A stretch of DNA of 32,725 nucleotides. Origin: an uncultured Spongiivirga sp. (lineage in GTDB: Bacteria; Bacteroidota; Bacteroidia; Flavobacteriales; Flavobacteriaceae). Below the pieces are notes generated by a model. It saw nothing but the letters and a program-made list of their open reading frames with translations, searched no databases and was not told the DNA's origin. Positions 7,971 to 16,289 of the stretch are shown one piece after another. The translations under genes were made by a program, and so were the position numbers. The number at the start of each line of letters is the position of its first letter. Position 1 is the stretch's first letter. Location of the stretch: positions 1 through 32,725 of the forward strand of contig CAWUKP010000001.1 of assembly GCA_963922975.1 (NCBI GenBank). Direction: 5' to 3'.

Positions 7971-7988
7971 TCTAAAATTATATGAGTT

Positions 7989-10241
7989 GTGAAGTGGTTT
8001 TTTTGCCTGTTGCCCCTACAAATGCTGGCTCAGGGAATCCTTACTGGTGAAGTGACGGCTGATGGTAATCCGCTACCTTATGCCAATGTGGTGTTGCTGA
8101 ACACCTCAAAAGGTACTCAAACTGACGAACAAGGTCAATTCCGTCTGGAAGACGTCTCATCAGGAAGTTATACACTTGTTGTCTCCTTCACCGGATATCG
8201 TACGGAACGTCTTCAAATTGACGTTTCTTCAGAAACACTTTTACCCCTAAAAATTGAACTTTTCCCCGATAATTCGTTGGAAGAAGTAGTGGTGTCCGGC
8301 ACGCTCAAACCCATGACCCGGAGCAACAGTCCCGTTCCTGTAGAGGTGTATGCTCCTTCTTTCTTCAGAAAAAACCCAACAGCCAATATTTTTGAAGGAC
8401 TCCAGAATGTAAATGGAGTACGACCCCAGTTGAATTGTAATGTCTGTAATACTGGAGATATTCATATCAATGGTCTTGAAGGTCCTTACACGATGGTTTT
8501 GATCGATGGTATGCCCATTGTTAGTGGACTTTCTACGGTGTACGGATTGTCGGGAATCCCCAATTCCTTGTTAGAACGCGTGGAAGTAGTCAAAGGACCT
8601 GCCTCTTCATTGTATGGTAGTGAAGCGGTTGGTGGGTTGATCAACATTATCACCAAATCTCCTGAAAATACTCCATTGGTCTTCGCAGATGCTTGGGGGA
8701 CTTCTTGGGGCGAATACAATTTAGATGCGGGCTTCAAAACAAATCTCAATGCCCAGACTTCGATGTTATTTGGAGCGAATTATTTCAACTACAGCAATCC
8801 GATTGACAATAATGAAGATAACTTCACTGATGTCACTTTACAAGACCGTTTATCGATATTCTCAAAAATAAACGTACAGCGACCTAACAGTCGGGTTTTC
8901 ACATTGGCAGGTCGTTTTTTTTACGAAGATCGATGGGGAGGAGAGATGCAATGGAATCCTTCCTTTCGTGGAGGCACAGAAGTGTATGGTGAAAGTATTT
9001 ACACCACACGTTGGGAATTGCTAGGAAGTTATCAACTGCCTTTTGAAGAAGATGTTATGTTCAGTTTTTCGTATACAGATCACGATCAAAACTCTGTGTA
9101 TGGCGATACGCCCTATCTGGCTAAACAGCGTATCGGTTTTGGGCAACTGCACTGGAATACCTCTTTTGGAAACCACGACCTTTTATTAGGCTTGGCACTA
9201 CGCTACAACTTTTATGACGATGATACTCCCGCAACCGCAAATTTAAGCGGTAACAAAGCGGACGAGGTGCTCATCCCCAGCCTTTTTGTCCAAGATGAAA
9301 TACGAATTGCAGATCAACATACATTGTTGATGGGGCTACGTTACGACCGCGACCCACGCCACGGCAATATTTTCACACCGCGCCTCGCCTATCGTTGGAA
9401 ATTCTCTGAGTATGACTCCTTCCGCCTCAATGCAGGTACTGGATTTCGCGTGGTGAACCTCTTTACTGAAGATCATGCCGCCCTAACTGGAGCACGCAAT
9501 GTTGTCATTGAAGAAAATCTAGAACCCGAGCGTTCCCTGAATGTCAACGTGAATTACCTTAAGAAAATGGTCACTCGTAGGGGCGCATTCATCGGTATTG
9601 ACGCTTCTGCGTGGTATACCTATTTCACCAATGCCATCATTCCAGATTACGATACCAACCCCAACGAAATCCGATACCGTAACCTGGAAGGCAATTCTGT
9701 TTCAACGGGTATCAGTACGAATGTGGATCTAACACTCCCTAGCGGTTTGAAGTTCTTATTAGGTGCTACTTTCATGGACGTAACTAATACCCAGCAAGGA
9801 TTTCGGCAGCGTCAATTGCTTACAGAACGTTTTACGGGTACTTGGTCTGTTTCCTACAGCATTCCCGAATGGAAACTTACTGCAGATTACACTGGCAATA
9901 TATACGGCCCGATGCGTTTACCACTGTTAGGCGAATTAGATCCACGACGTGAATTTTCACCTACATGGAGCATTCAAAATATTCAATTCACCTATGGCGG
10001 GTTTGAAGGTGTAGAAGTGTATGGTGGCGTCAAGAATCTTTTAAACTGGACCCCAAATCGTGGAAATCCGTTTCTCATCGCAAGAGCTGATGATCCGTTT
10101 GACCAAAATGTTACCTTTGATTCCGCAGGAAATCCAGTAGCCACAGCAAATAATCCCTACGCCTTGACCTTTGATCCTACCTATGTTTACGGTCCGAATC
10201 AAGGGATTAGAGGTTTCATAGGTCTGCGATATCGAATGTAG
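7989..10241 (+). CDS. TonB-dependent outer-membrane receptor with an N-terminal carboxypeptidase-regulatory-like domain
   Basis: 750 aa. The CarboxypepD_reg-like region is GEVTADGNPLPYANVVLL...GSYTLVVSFTGY. The plug contains LIDGMPIVSG...VEVVKGPASSLYGSEAVGGLINIITK, followed by a long beta-barrel. The start is GTG, since an in-frame stop lies at 7983-7985, and the signal peptide is short (MKWFFCLLPLQMLAQG). The start position is less certain than the gene itself. Confidence 0.88.
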   Translation: MKWFFCLLPLQMLAQGILTGEVTADGNPLPYANVVLLNTSKGTQTDEQGQFRLEDVSSGSYTLVVSFTGYRTERLQIDVSSETLLPLKIELFPDNSLEEVVVSGTLKPMTRSNSPVPVEVYAPSFFRKNPTANIFEGLQNVNGVRPQLNCNVCNTGDIHINGLEGPYTMVLIDGMPIVSGLSTVYGLSGIPNSLLERVEVVKGPASSLYGSEAVGGLINIITKSPENTPLVFADAWGTSWGEYNLDAGFKTNLNAQTSMLFGANYFNYSNPIDNNEDNFTDVTLQDRLSIFSKINVQRPNSRVFTLAGRFFYEDRWGGEMQWNPSFRGGTEVYGESIYTTRWELLGSYQLPFEEDVMFSFSYTDHDQNSVYGDTPYLAKQRIGFGQLHWNTSFGNHDLLLGLALRYNFYDDDTPATANLSGNKADEVLIPSLFVQDEIRIADQHTLLMGLRYDRDPRHGNIFTPRLAYRWKFSEYDSFRLNAGTGFRVVNLFTEDHAALTGARNVVIEENLEPERSLNVNVNYLKKMVTRRGAFIGIDASAWYTYFTNAIIPDYDTNPNEIRYRNLEGNSVSTGISTNVDLTLPSGLKFLLGATFMDVTNTQQGFRQRQLLTERFTGTWSVSYSIPEWKLTADYTGNIYGPMRLPLLGELDPRREFSPTWSIQNIQFTYGGFEGVEVYGGVKNLLNWTPNRGNPFLIARADDPFDQNVTFDSAGNPVATANNPYALTFDPTYVYGPNQGIRGFIGLRYRM

Positions 10242-10244
10242 TAT

Positions 10245-10709
10245 ATGTTCAAACGAATCATTTGCATACTAGCCTTCTGTTCTAGCTTTAGTGCTGTTGC
10301 CCAACTTCAAATACGCACTTTTGAAGAAGTAGAAACCCTTTGGAATGAAAGTCCCAAACCCATCGTAGTATTCATTGAGACCAAGTGGTGCAAGTATTGC
10401 AAAATCATGCGAAAAACCAGCTTGCAACATGAAAAGGTCGTCCGATTATTGAATGAGAACTACTACTTTGTTTCCTTAGATGCCGAATCTCAGAAAGCTA
10501 TTACATTTAGTGGACGAACCTTTGATTTCATACCCAACGGTCCAAGTACTGGCATTCATGAACTAGCTTGGGAACTCGGCCAAATCGATGGAAGCCTCGG
10601 ATACCCAACCCTAACCGTTTTAAATCTCGAAAAAGAAATCATTTTTCAGCGCTCCGCAACACTTCGTCCGCGAAGCCTAGAACGAATCCTCACAAAGTTG
10701 TTGGAGTAA
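10245..10709 (+). CDS. Secreted thioredoxin-fold protein (CxxC)
   Basis: 154 aa with a signal peptide (MFKRIICILAFCSSFSAVAQ). It has a WCKYC active-site-like motif (nt 10389-10400) and a cis-Pro-like GYPT. It begins 3 nt after the receptor stop. Confidence 0.8.
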   Translation: MFKRIICILAFCSSFSAVAQLQIRTFEEVETLWNESPKPIVVFIETKWCKYCKIMRKTSLQHEKVVRLLNENYYFVSLDAESQKAITFSGRTFDFIPNGPSTGIHELAWELGQIDGSLGYPTLTVLNLEKEIIFQRSATLRPRSLERILTKLLE

Positions 10710-10736
10710 GTTGGGGATTGGTGTATTTTTGAGTTC

Positions 10737-11876
10737 ATGCAATACGATTACATCATCTGTGGAGCTGGCGCTGCTGGTTTGTTGTTAGCCTATCGAATGG
10801 CTCAGGATGATTTCTTTGCTAATCAGCAAATTCTACTTTTAGATAAGGAAGAGAAGAACACCAATGACCGTACTTGGTGCTTTTGGGAAGCGCCTGAGGG
10901 TGAGTGGGATTTTTTGACTCACAAAATCTGGGATTGGGCATATTTCGCATCCAAAGACTATGCTCGTGGCTTTGAACTCCAACCTTTTCAGTATAAAATG
11001 CTGCGAGGTGAAGATTTTTATCGGTTTGTAAAGAAGGAGATTGCCGAGGCAACAAATATTAGCTTTCGCCATGAAGAAATACTAGAAGCTGTTACGGAAG
11101 GCGATCAAACGCGTGTTACAACCGAACAAAAGACTTACTATTCAAAGCGTGTTTTTTCGAGTCTTTTTCATTTTGATGAAGTGAAAAAACACCCAAAATT
11201 TCCTCTTTTACAACAGCATTTTGTGGGTTGGTTCATCGAAACAAAAGAACCCGTTTTTGATAAAAACACGGTAGGTTTTATGGATTTTGACATTCCCCAA
11301 AAAGGCAATACGCGCTTTATGTATGTGCTCCCCACGAGTCCCACCGAAGCGCTGCTGGAGTATACACTCTTTTCACCTGAGATACTGAGCCAAAGCGAAT
11401 ACGAAGCTGGCATCAAGGCATACTTGGCAGAGAAAGGAATCTCTGAATACACCATTACAGAAACAGAAAAAGGGAACATTCCGATGACGTGCTATCCCTT
11501 TTGGAAAAAAAACACAGCCTCGCTATTGCACGTGGGTACCGCGGGAGGTTGGACCAAATCCAGTACGGGATTTACCTTCATGAACACCTTAAGGAAAACG
11601 ACCCAATTGATCGATTTTTTGAAAACTGACAAGCCTTTGGATCAGTTTCACCAAAAAACACGTTTCTGGTACTATGATTTGCTATTTATCGACGTGCTTC
11701 ACGCCGATAACTCTTTGGGTAGTAGACTCTTCGAGCGACTTTTTCGTCGCAATAAGACTTCAACTATTTTTAAATTTTTAGATGAAAAAAGCAGTTTGTC
11801 TCAAGAAGTTCTCTTGATGGTCACCTTACCAAATATGCTCTTTCTAAAAGCGCTTTGGAAGCGACTTTTTAGGTAG
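10737..11876 (+). CDS. crtY: Lycopene cyclase family protein (CrtY-type, FAD-binding)
   Basis: 379 aa with an N-terminal Rossmann motif YDYIICGAGAAGLLLAY. Length and internal motifs fit CrtY-type lycopene beta-cyclases of pigmented Flavobacteriia. It lies 27 nt downstream of the thioredoxin-fold gene. Confidence 0.75.
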   Translation: MQYDYIICGAGAAGLLLAYRMAQDDFFANQQILLLDKEEKNTNDRTWCFWEAPEGEWDFLTHKIWDWAYFASKDYARGFELQPFQYKMLRGEDFYRFVKKEIAEATNISFRHEEILEAVTEGDQTRVTTEQKTYYSKRVFSSLFHFDEVKKHPKFPLLQQHFVGWFIETKEPVFDKNTVGFMDFDIPQKGNTRFMYVLPTSPTEALLEYTLFSPEILSQSEYEAGIKAYLAEKGISEYTITETEKGNIPMTCYPFWKKNTASLLHVGTAGGWTKSSTGFTFMNTLRKTTQLIDFLKTDKPLDQFHQKTRFWYYDLLFIDVLHADNSLGSRLFERLFRRNKTSTIFKFLDEKSSLSQEVLLMVTLPNMLFLKALWKRLFR

Positions 11877-12843
11877 TTCGGTTCAAAAGCCAATTTCCAA
11901 ACTGCTTCAGTCCTTTGCGACTGCGCTCTTCTACATCCAATCCTTCCAATACTTCGAATGCCTTATCGGTATATTCCTTGATGGCCTGTTCGGTCATAGC
12001 GGCACTCCCGGAACTTACAAAGAGCGCTTTGGCGCGTTTAATCTTGGAAGCTGGATCTACTGGTTGTGAGGCAAACAGTTCCTGCAATTCTATTCGATCT
12101 GCTTGGGTCGCCAAAGCTTCGGCCTGTAAGTATAGATAAGTCTTTTTATTTTCAATGATATCCCCACCCACTTGTTTTCCGAAGGTCTTTGGATCTCCGA
12201 AGGCATCTAAATAATCATCTTTCAATTGAAAAGCCAACCCTAGATTGATTCCAAAATCATACACCTTTTGTGCTTCTTGATCTGACGCTCCAGCGATGAT
12301 GGCTCCCATTTTCATGGCTGCTGCCACCAGAACGGCCGTCTTGTACTTGATCATTTTCAAATACTCAGGGATCGTTACATCAGTACGTGTTTCAAAATCA
12401 ATATCATACTGTTGCCCCTCGCAAACTTCAATCGCAGTTCGACTGAAAAGCTGTGTCAGTTTGAAATAGGTTGCTGCATCATAGGTCTCGAAAAGTTGAT
12501 AGGCCATAATCAACATCGCATCGCCTGAGAGGATTCCTGTATTCAAGTCCCACTTCTCGTGAACGGTTTCCTTCCCTCTGCGCAGCGGGGCGTCGTCCAT
12601 AATATCGTCATGCACCAATGAAAAGTTATGAAATACCTCGATAGCCAAACCAGCGTTGATCGCCTTTTGATAGGGATGACCGTAAATATCTGCCATCATC
12701 ATGGTTAAAACCGGGCGCAAGCGCTTGCCTCCTAACTGTAAAATATAGTTTATGGGCTCGTATAGGTTTTTAGGTTCTTTAGTAACCAGTTTCTCTGTAA
12801 GTGCTGTGTCGAAAGCTTTTCGATAGGCTTCAATAGATAGCAT
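11869..12843 (-). CDS. Polyprenyl (geranylgeranyl/farnesyl) diphosphate synthase family protein
   Basis: 324 aa with the first Asp-rich motif LVHDDIMDD, the second FQLKDDYLD, and GKRLRP. Chain-length specificity cannot be read from the sequence alone. Confidence 0.9.
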   Translation of the reverse strand: MLSIEAYRKAFDTALTEKLVTKEPKNLYEPINYILQLGGKRLRPVLTMMMADIYGHPYQKAINAGLAIEVFHNFSLVHDDIMDDAPLRRGKETVHEKWDLNTGILSGDAMLIMAYQLFETYDAATYFKLTQLFSRTAIEVCEGQQYDIDFETRTDVTIPEYLKMIKYKTAVLVAAAMKMGAIIAGASDQEAQKVYDFGINLGLAFQLKDDYLDAFGDPKTFGKQVGGDIIENKKTYLYLQAEALATQADRIELQELFASQPVDPASKIKRAKALFVSSGSAAMTEQAIKEYTDKAFEVLEGLDVEERSRKGLKQFGNWLLNRTT

Positions 12844-12859
12844 GGAATATCTTTTCCTT

Positions 12860-12867
12860 CAAAAATA
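12860..12867 (-). promoter_or_regulatory. Bacteroidota -7 promoter box (minus strand TATTTTTG) for the polyprenyl synthase gene
   Basis: The plus-strand CAAAAATA is an exact TAnnTTTG on the minus strand, 16 nt upstream of the ATG at 12843. Confidence 0.4.
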
Positions 12868-13008
12868 CATCCATTCTACATTTCGAAAGAACGAATTACC
12901 AGAAATGATGCACTTTGACCCCATCTCACACCGCTTGTTGCTTTCTCCCCTGCAAGAAAAGGAAGTTAAAATTCAAAGCATCAGAAGGTTAAAAAAATGT
13001 AAAACTTT

Positions 13009-13036
13009 GGAAACTATAATTGTTTTTAAAGTTTCC
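13009..13036. promoter_or_regulatory. Candidate TetR operator: inverted repeat GGAAACT-N14-AGTTTCC
   Basis: The 7-bp arms (13009-13015 and 13030-13036) are exact reverse complements. An overlapping pair is AAACTTT (13002-13008) / AAAGTTT (13028-13034). The site sits immediately upstream of the -7 box of the TetR-efflux operon. Confidence 0.3.
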
Positions 13037-13041
13037 TTTGA

Positions 13042-13049
13042 TACTTTTG
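13042..13049 (+). promoter_or_regulatory. Bacteroidota -7 promoter box, exact TACTTTTG, for the TetR-TolC-MFP-RND operon
   Basis: Exact TAnnTTTG 10 nt upstream of the ATG at 13060. Confidence 0.45.
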
Positions 13050-13059
13050 TCCCTCATTT

Positions 13060-13674
13060 ATGAAAGAAAAAATCTTACATACGGCCACAGATCTATTCCT
13101 AACCCTCGGTTTCAAGAGTGTTACGATGGACGATCTGGCTGCTGAAATGGGTATTTCGAAAAAAACCATCTATCAGCATTTTTCCAATAAAACGGAATTA
13201 GTACAAGCGGTCACCTTTCATCTTTTTGATAGTATCTGTCATGGCATCGACCACATTTGCGAGGTTTGTGAAAATCCTATTCAGGAGTTGTATCACATCA
13301 AGCGTTTTGTGATGGAGCACCTCAAAGATGAAAAGTCATCTCCACAATATCAGTTGAAAAAGTACTATCCTAAGATTCACGACGCCTTGCGTGCCAAGCA
13401 GTTTGAGGTGATGCATGACAACATTATGGAGAATCTAGAAAGTGGTATCAAAAAGGGCATCTTCAGAGAAGGACTCAATACTGATTTTGTAGCTCGTCTG
13501 TACTTCAATGGTATGATTGGCATTAAAGACACCGAGCTTTTTCCGACTGGTAAATTTGATATGAATCAGTTGATGGAAAACTATTTGGAGTACCACTTAC
13601 GCGCCATCACCACCGAAAAAGGACTTGAAATTCTGAATCAATTCGTCAATACCAACCAAGAAACTAACGTATGA
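13060..13674 (+). CDS. TetR/AcrR family transcriptional regulator
   Basis: 204 aa with an N-terminal TetR HTH (ILHTATDLFLTLGFKSVTMDDLAAEMGISKKTIYQHFSNKTELV). Its stop overlaps the next ATG (ATGA at 13671-13674). Confidence 0.9.
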   Translation: MKEKILHTATDLFLTLGFKSVTMDDLAAEMGISKKTIYQHFSNKTELVQAVTFHLFDSICHGIDHICEVCENPIQELYHIKRFVMEHLKDEKSSPQYQLKKYYPKIHDALRAKQFEVMHDNIMENLESGIKKGIFREGLNTDFVARLYFNGMIGIKDTELFPTGKFDMNQLMENYLEYHLRAITTEKGLEILNQFVNTNQETNV

Positions 13675-15077
13675 AATTCACAATGACCTTTCTATGGGCA
13701 TGCTTGCTTACAACCATTGGTTTTGCCCAAGAAACCCTGAGCCTCAGTCTTGATGAAGCTGTTACCTACGCACTTGAAAACAATCGCAGTGCACAGAATG
13801 CTTCCAGAGATATTGAAGCGGCCAAAAAGCAAAAATGGGAAACCACCGCCACAGGTCTGCCGCAGATCAATGCGGGCATCGATTATCAATACTTTTTGAA
13901 GCAACCCGTTTCGCTGCTTCCTGCATCGGCCTTTGACAATACCGAATCGACCATCCAAACGGTTGAAGATTTTTTTGGTCTTACTCGAAATATGGATCCA
14001 GAGCCTATTGATGGCTTCATTCCTGTAGTTTTCGGCACTCGGCAAAATGTCAACGCCCAAGCTACCTTGTCGCAGTTGCTATTTGATGGCTCTTATCTGG
14101 TAGGACTTCAATCGGCCAAAGTATTTTTGGAAATTTCGCAAAATGCGAAGATTAAAACTGATCAAGAAGTCCGCAAAGCAGCCATTCAGGCATATGGAAC
14201 AGTCTTATTGGCGGAGGAGAATGTACTAATTCTGGACAACAATCGACAAACCCTCCAAAAGAACTACGAAGAAACCAAAAAGATCTACGAAAACGGTCTT
14301 GAAGAGGAGGAAAGTGTTGAGCAGTTACTCATTACGCTCACCACCGTTGAAAATAGTCTGAGCAATGCCAAGCGCCAGCGCGATATTGCGTATCGCATTC
14401 TCAATCTGGCTTTAGGAACTGATGTGGAAACTGTATTAAATCTTACAGACCGTCTTGAAGATCTCACTCAAAAAAATATTCTATTAGGACTGATCGAGAC
14501 CGAAGAGAATTTGGAAAATAATATCGACTATCTCATAGCCAAAAACAATGAGCGCTCGCAAGAATTGCTCGTGAAATTTGAAAAGAGTAAAGCGCTGCCA
14601 TCCCTTTCCGCTTTTATCAATGGCGGATACCAGTCCTTCAATGACCAGTTTACCTTCTTGGATGAAGGCAATCGCTGGTTTGGTACTTCTTTGATAGGCG
14701 TTAGCTTGAACATTCCTGTCTTTAGTTCGTTGGCTCGTTCTGCCAGAACCCAACGAGCAGAAATCGAATTGGAAAAAGCCAAGGCTGAACTTACCGAAAC
14801 AGAACAACAATTGAAATTGAATATTGCCTCAGCTAAAAGCAATTACCAATTCTCTATTGAACAATACGAAACTTCCAAAAAGAATCTTTCACTGGCCGAG
14901 CGAATAGAAAACAAAAACCAAACAAAATTCTTCGAAGGTGTAGGTTCGAGTTTCGAGCTGCGTCAGGCACAGACTCAACTCTACGGAGCACAGCAAGAAT
15001 ATTTGCAAGCCATGTTAAATGTGATTACCACCAAAACGGAACTCGAGACCCTCTTAAATATCAATAACCAGAATTAA
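13671..15077 (+). CDS. TolC-family outer membrane efflux protein
   Basis: 468 aa with a signal peptide. The start LSLDEAVTYALENNRSAQNA is typical of OEP proteins. The coiled-coil-rich two-repeat architecture and its position ahead of the MFP and RND genes fit the family. Confidence 0.9.
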   Translation: MKFTMTFLWACLLTTIGFAQETLSLSLDEAVTYALENNRSAQNASRDIEAAKKQKWETTATGLPQINAGIDYQYFLKQPVSLLPASAFDNTESTIQTVEDFFGLTRNMDPEPIDGFIPVVFGTRQNVNAQATLSQLLFDGSYLVGLQSAKVFLEISQNAKIKTDQEVRKAAIQAYGTVLLAEENVLILDNNRQTLQKNYEETKKIYENGLEEEESVEQLLITLTTVENSLSNAKRQRDIAYRILNLALGTDVETVLNLTDRLEDLTQKNILLGLIETEENLENNIDYLIAKNNERSQELLVKFEKSKALPSLSAFINGGYQSFNDQFTFLDEGNRWFGTSLIGVSLNIPVFSSLARSARTQRAEIELEKAKAELTETEQQLKLNIASAKSNYQFSIEQYETSKKNLSLAERIENKNQTKFFEGVGSSFELRQAQTQLYGAQQEYLQAMLNVITTKTELETLLNINNQN

Positions 15078-15097
15078 GCACAGAAATCAACCTTGTT

Positions 15098-16279
15098 ATG
15101 AAAAAAATACTCATCCTCAGTTTTGCTTCCCTCTTTCTATGGTCTTGTGGAAGCGACAAGCCAGAAAGTCTAGAAGACGTTCTAGCTTCTGACAATCTTG
15201 AACAAATACGCTCTTTAAAATCGGAGCTAGATACGAAGCAACAAGAGCTTGCCGGACAGATCAAGCAACTTGAAGAAAAAATTGCGGTCCTTGACCCTGA
15301 AGAAAAAATTCCTTTGGTGACCACCTTCACAGCGGAAGCGAAAGAATTTCAGCACTTTTTGGAACTGCAGGGTAGTGTCAGCACTGATCAGAATCTAGTT
15401 ATTTTCCCAGAGTATAACGGTATTCTTACCCATGTATATGTCAAAGAAGGCCAGCGTGTTTCCAAAGGACAAATTCTGGCCAAAATAGACGACGGAGGTC
15501 TGAGCCAGCAATTAGCACAAATGAAAATTCAAGCGGATCTTGCAAGAACTACTTTTGAGCGTCAAGAGCGTCTGTGGAAAGATAAAATTGGAAGTGAAAT
15601 TCAGTATTTACAAGCCAAATCTTCCTACGAGGCACAAGCACAAGCCGTGGCACAAATGGAACAGCAAATCGGTAAAACCTTAGTTCGGGCACCTTTTGCA
15701 GGAACGATTGATGATGTAATTACCGACCAAGGTAGTGTAGTAGGAATGGGGCAAAGTTCTTTATTCCGCATCGTGAATTTGAACGATATGTATATCGAAA
15801 CGGATGTGCCAGAGCGTCATTTGGCGAACGTCACCGAAAATAAGCTTGTAAAGGTTGAGTTTCCTGTGCTGGGCAAAGAAGTAGAGACCAAGATTCGTCA
15901 GGCGGGTAACTTCATCAATCCTGCCAATCGTACGTTCAAAATTGAAGTTCCTATTCCCAACAAGGATAAGAGTATCAAACCCAACTTAACGGCAAAATTG
16001 AAGATCAATGATTATACGAATGAGGAAGCCATCCTGATTCCCCAAAGTATCATCTCAGAAAATGCGGAAGGCCAGCAATATGTATATACAGTAGTGGACG
16101 CCAAAGGAGACAAGGCCACGGCCAAACGCGTTATCATTGAAACAGGGAAGACACAAGGAGATCTGATCGAAGTAGTGAAAGGGCTTTCCCAGGGTGATCA
16201 AATCATTGAAGAAGGAGCAAGAAGCGTTCGCGATAACCAATCCGTCCGAATCGGATCACTACAAGTAGCTGCCAACTAA
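15098..16279 (+). CDS. Efflux RND transporter periplasmic adaptor subunit (MFP/HlyD family lipoprotein)
   Basis: 393 aa with a lipobox (LFLWSCGS). It has coiled-coil and lipoyl-like segments (VKEGQRVSKGQILAKID; APFAGTIDDV) and lies between the TolC and RND genes. Confidence 0.9.
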   Translation: MKKILILSFASLFLWSCGSDKPESLEDVLASDNLEQIRSLKSELDTKQQELAGQIKQLEEKIAVLDPEEKIPLVTTFTAEAKEFQHFLELQGSVSTDQNLVIFPEYNGILTHVYVKEGQRVSKGQILAKIDDGGLSQQLAQMKIQADLARTTFERQERLWKDKIGSEIQYLQAKSSYEAQAQAVAQMEQQIGKTLVRAPFAGTIDDVITDQGSVVGMGQSSLFRIVNLNDMYIETDVPERHLANVTENKLVKVEFPVLGKEVETKIRQAGNFINPANRTFKIEVPIPNKDKSIKPNLTAKLKINDYTNEEAILIPQSIISENAEGQQYVYTVVDAKGDKATAKRVIIETGKTQGDLIEVVKGLSQGDQIIEEGARSVRDNQSVRIGSLQVAAN

Positions 16280-16289
16280 AGACCACACC

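Noticed and set aside
10227-10241. The TonB-dependent receptor ends in ...GLRYRM rather than the usual terminal aromatic residue
   Set aside because: The alternating hydrophobic beta-signal pattern (I-x-L-x-Y-x-M) is intact and the stop is clean, so this is probably a tolerated variant rather than a truncation or frameshift.
12842-13063. 73-aa plus-strand ORF filling the polyprenyl-synthase/TetR intergenic region
   Set aside because: It runs through two predicted promoters and the candidate TetR operator. The translation has no signal, TM segment or motif. Regulatory DNA explains the region better.
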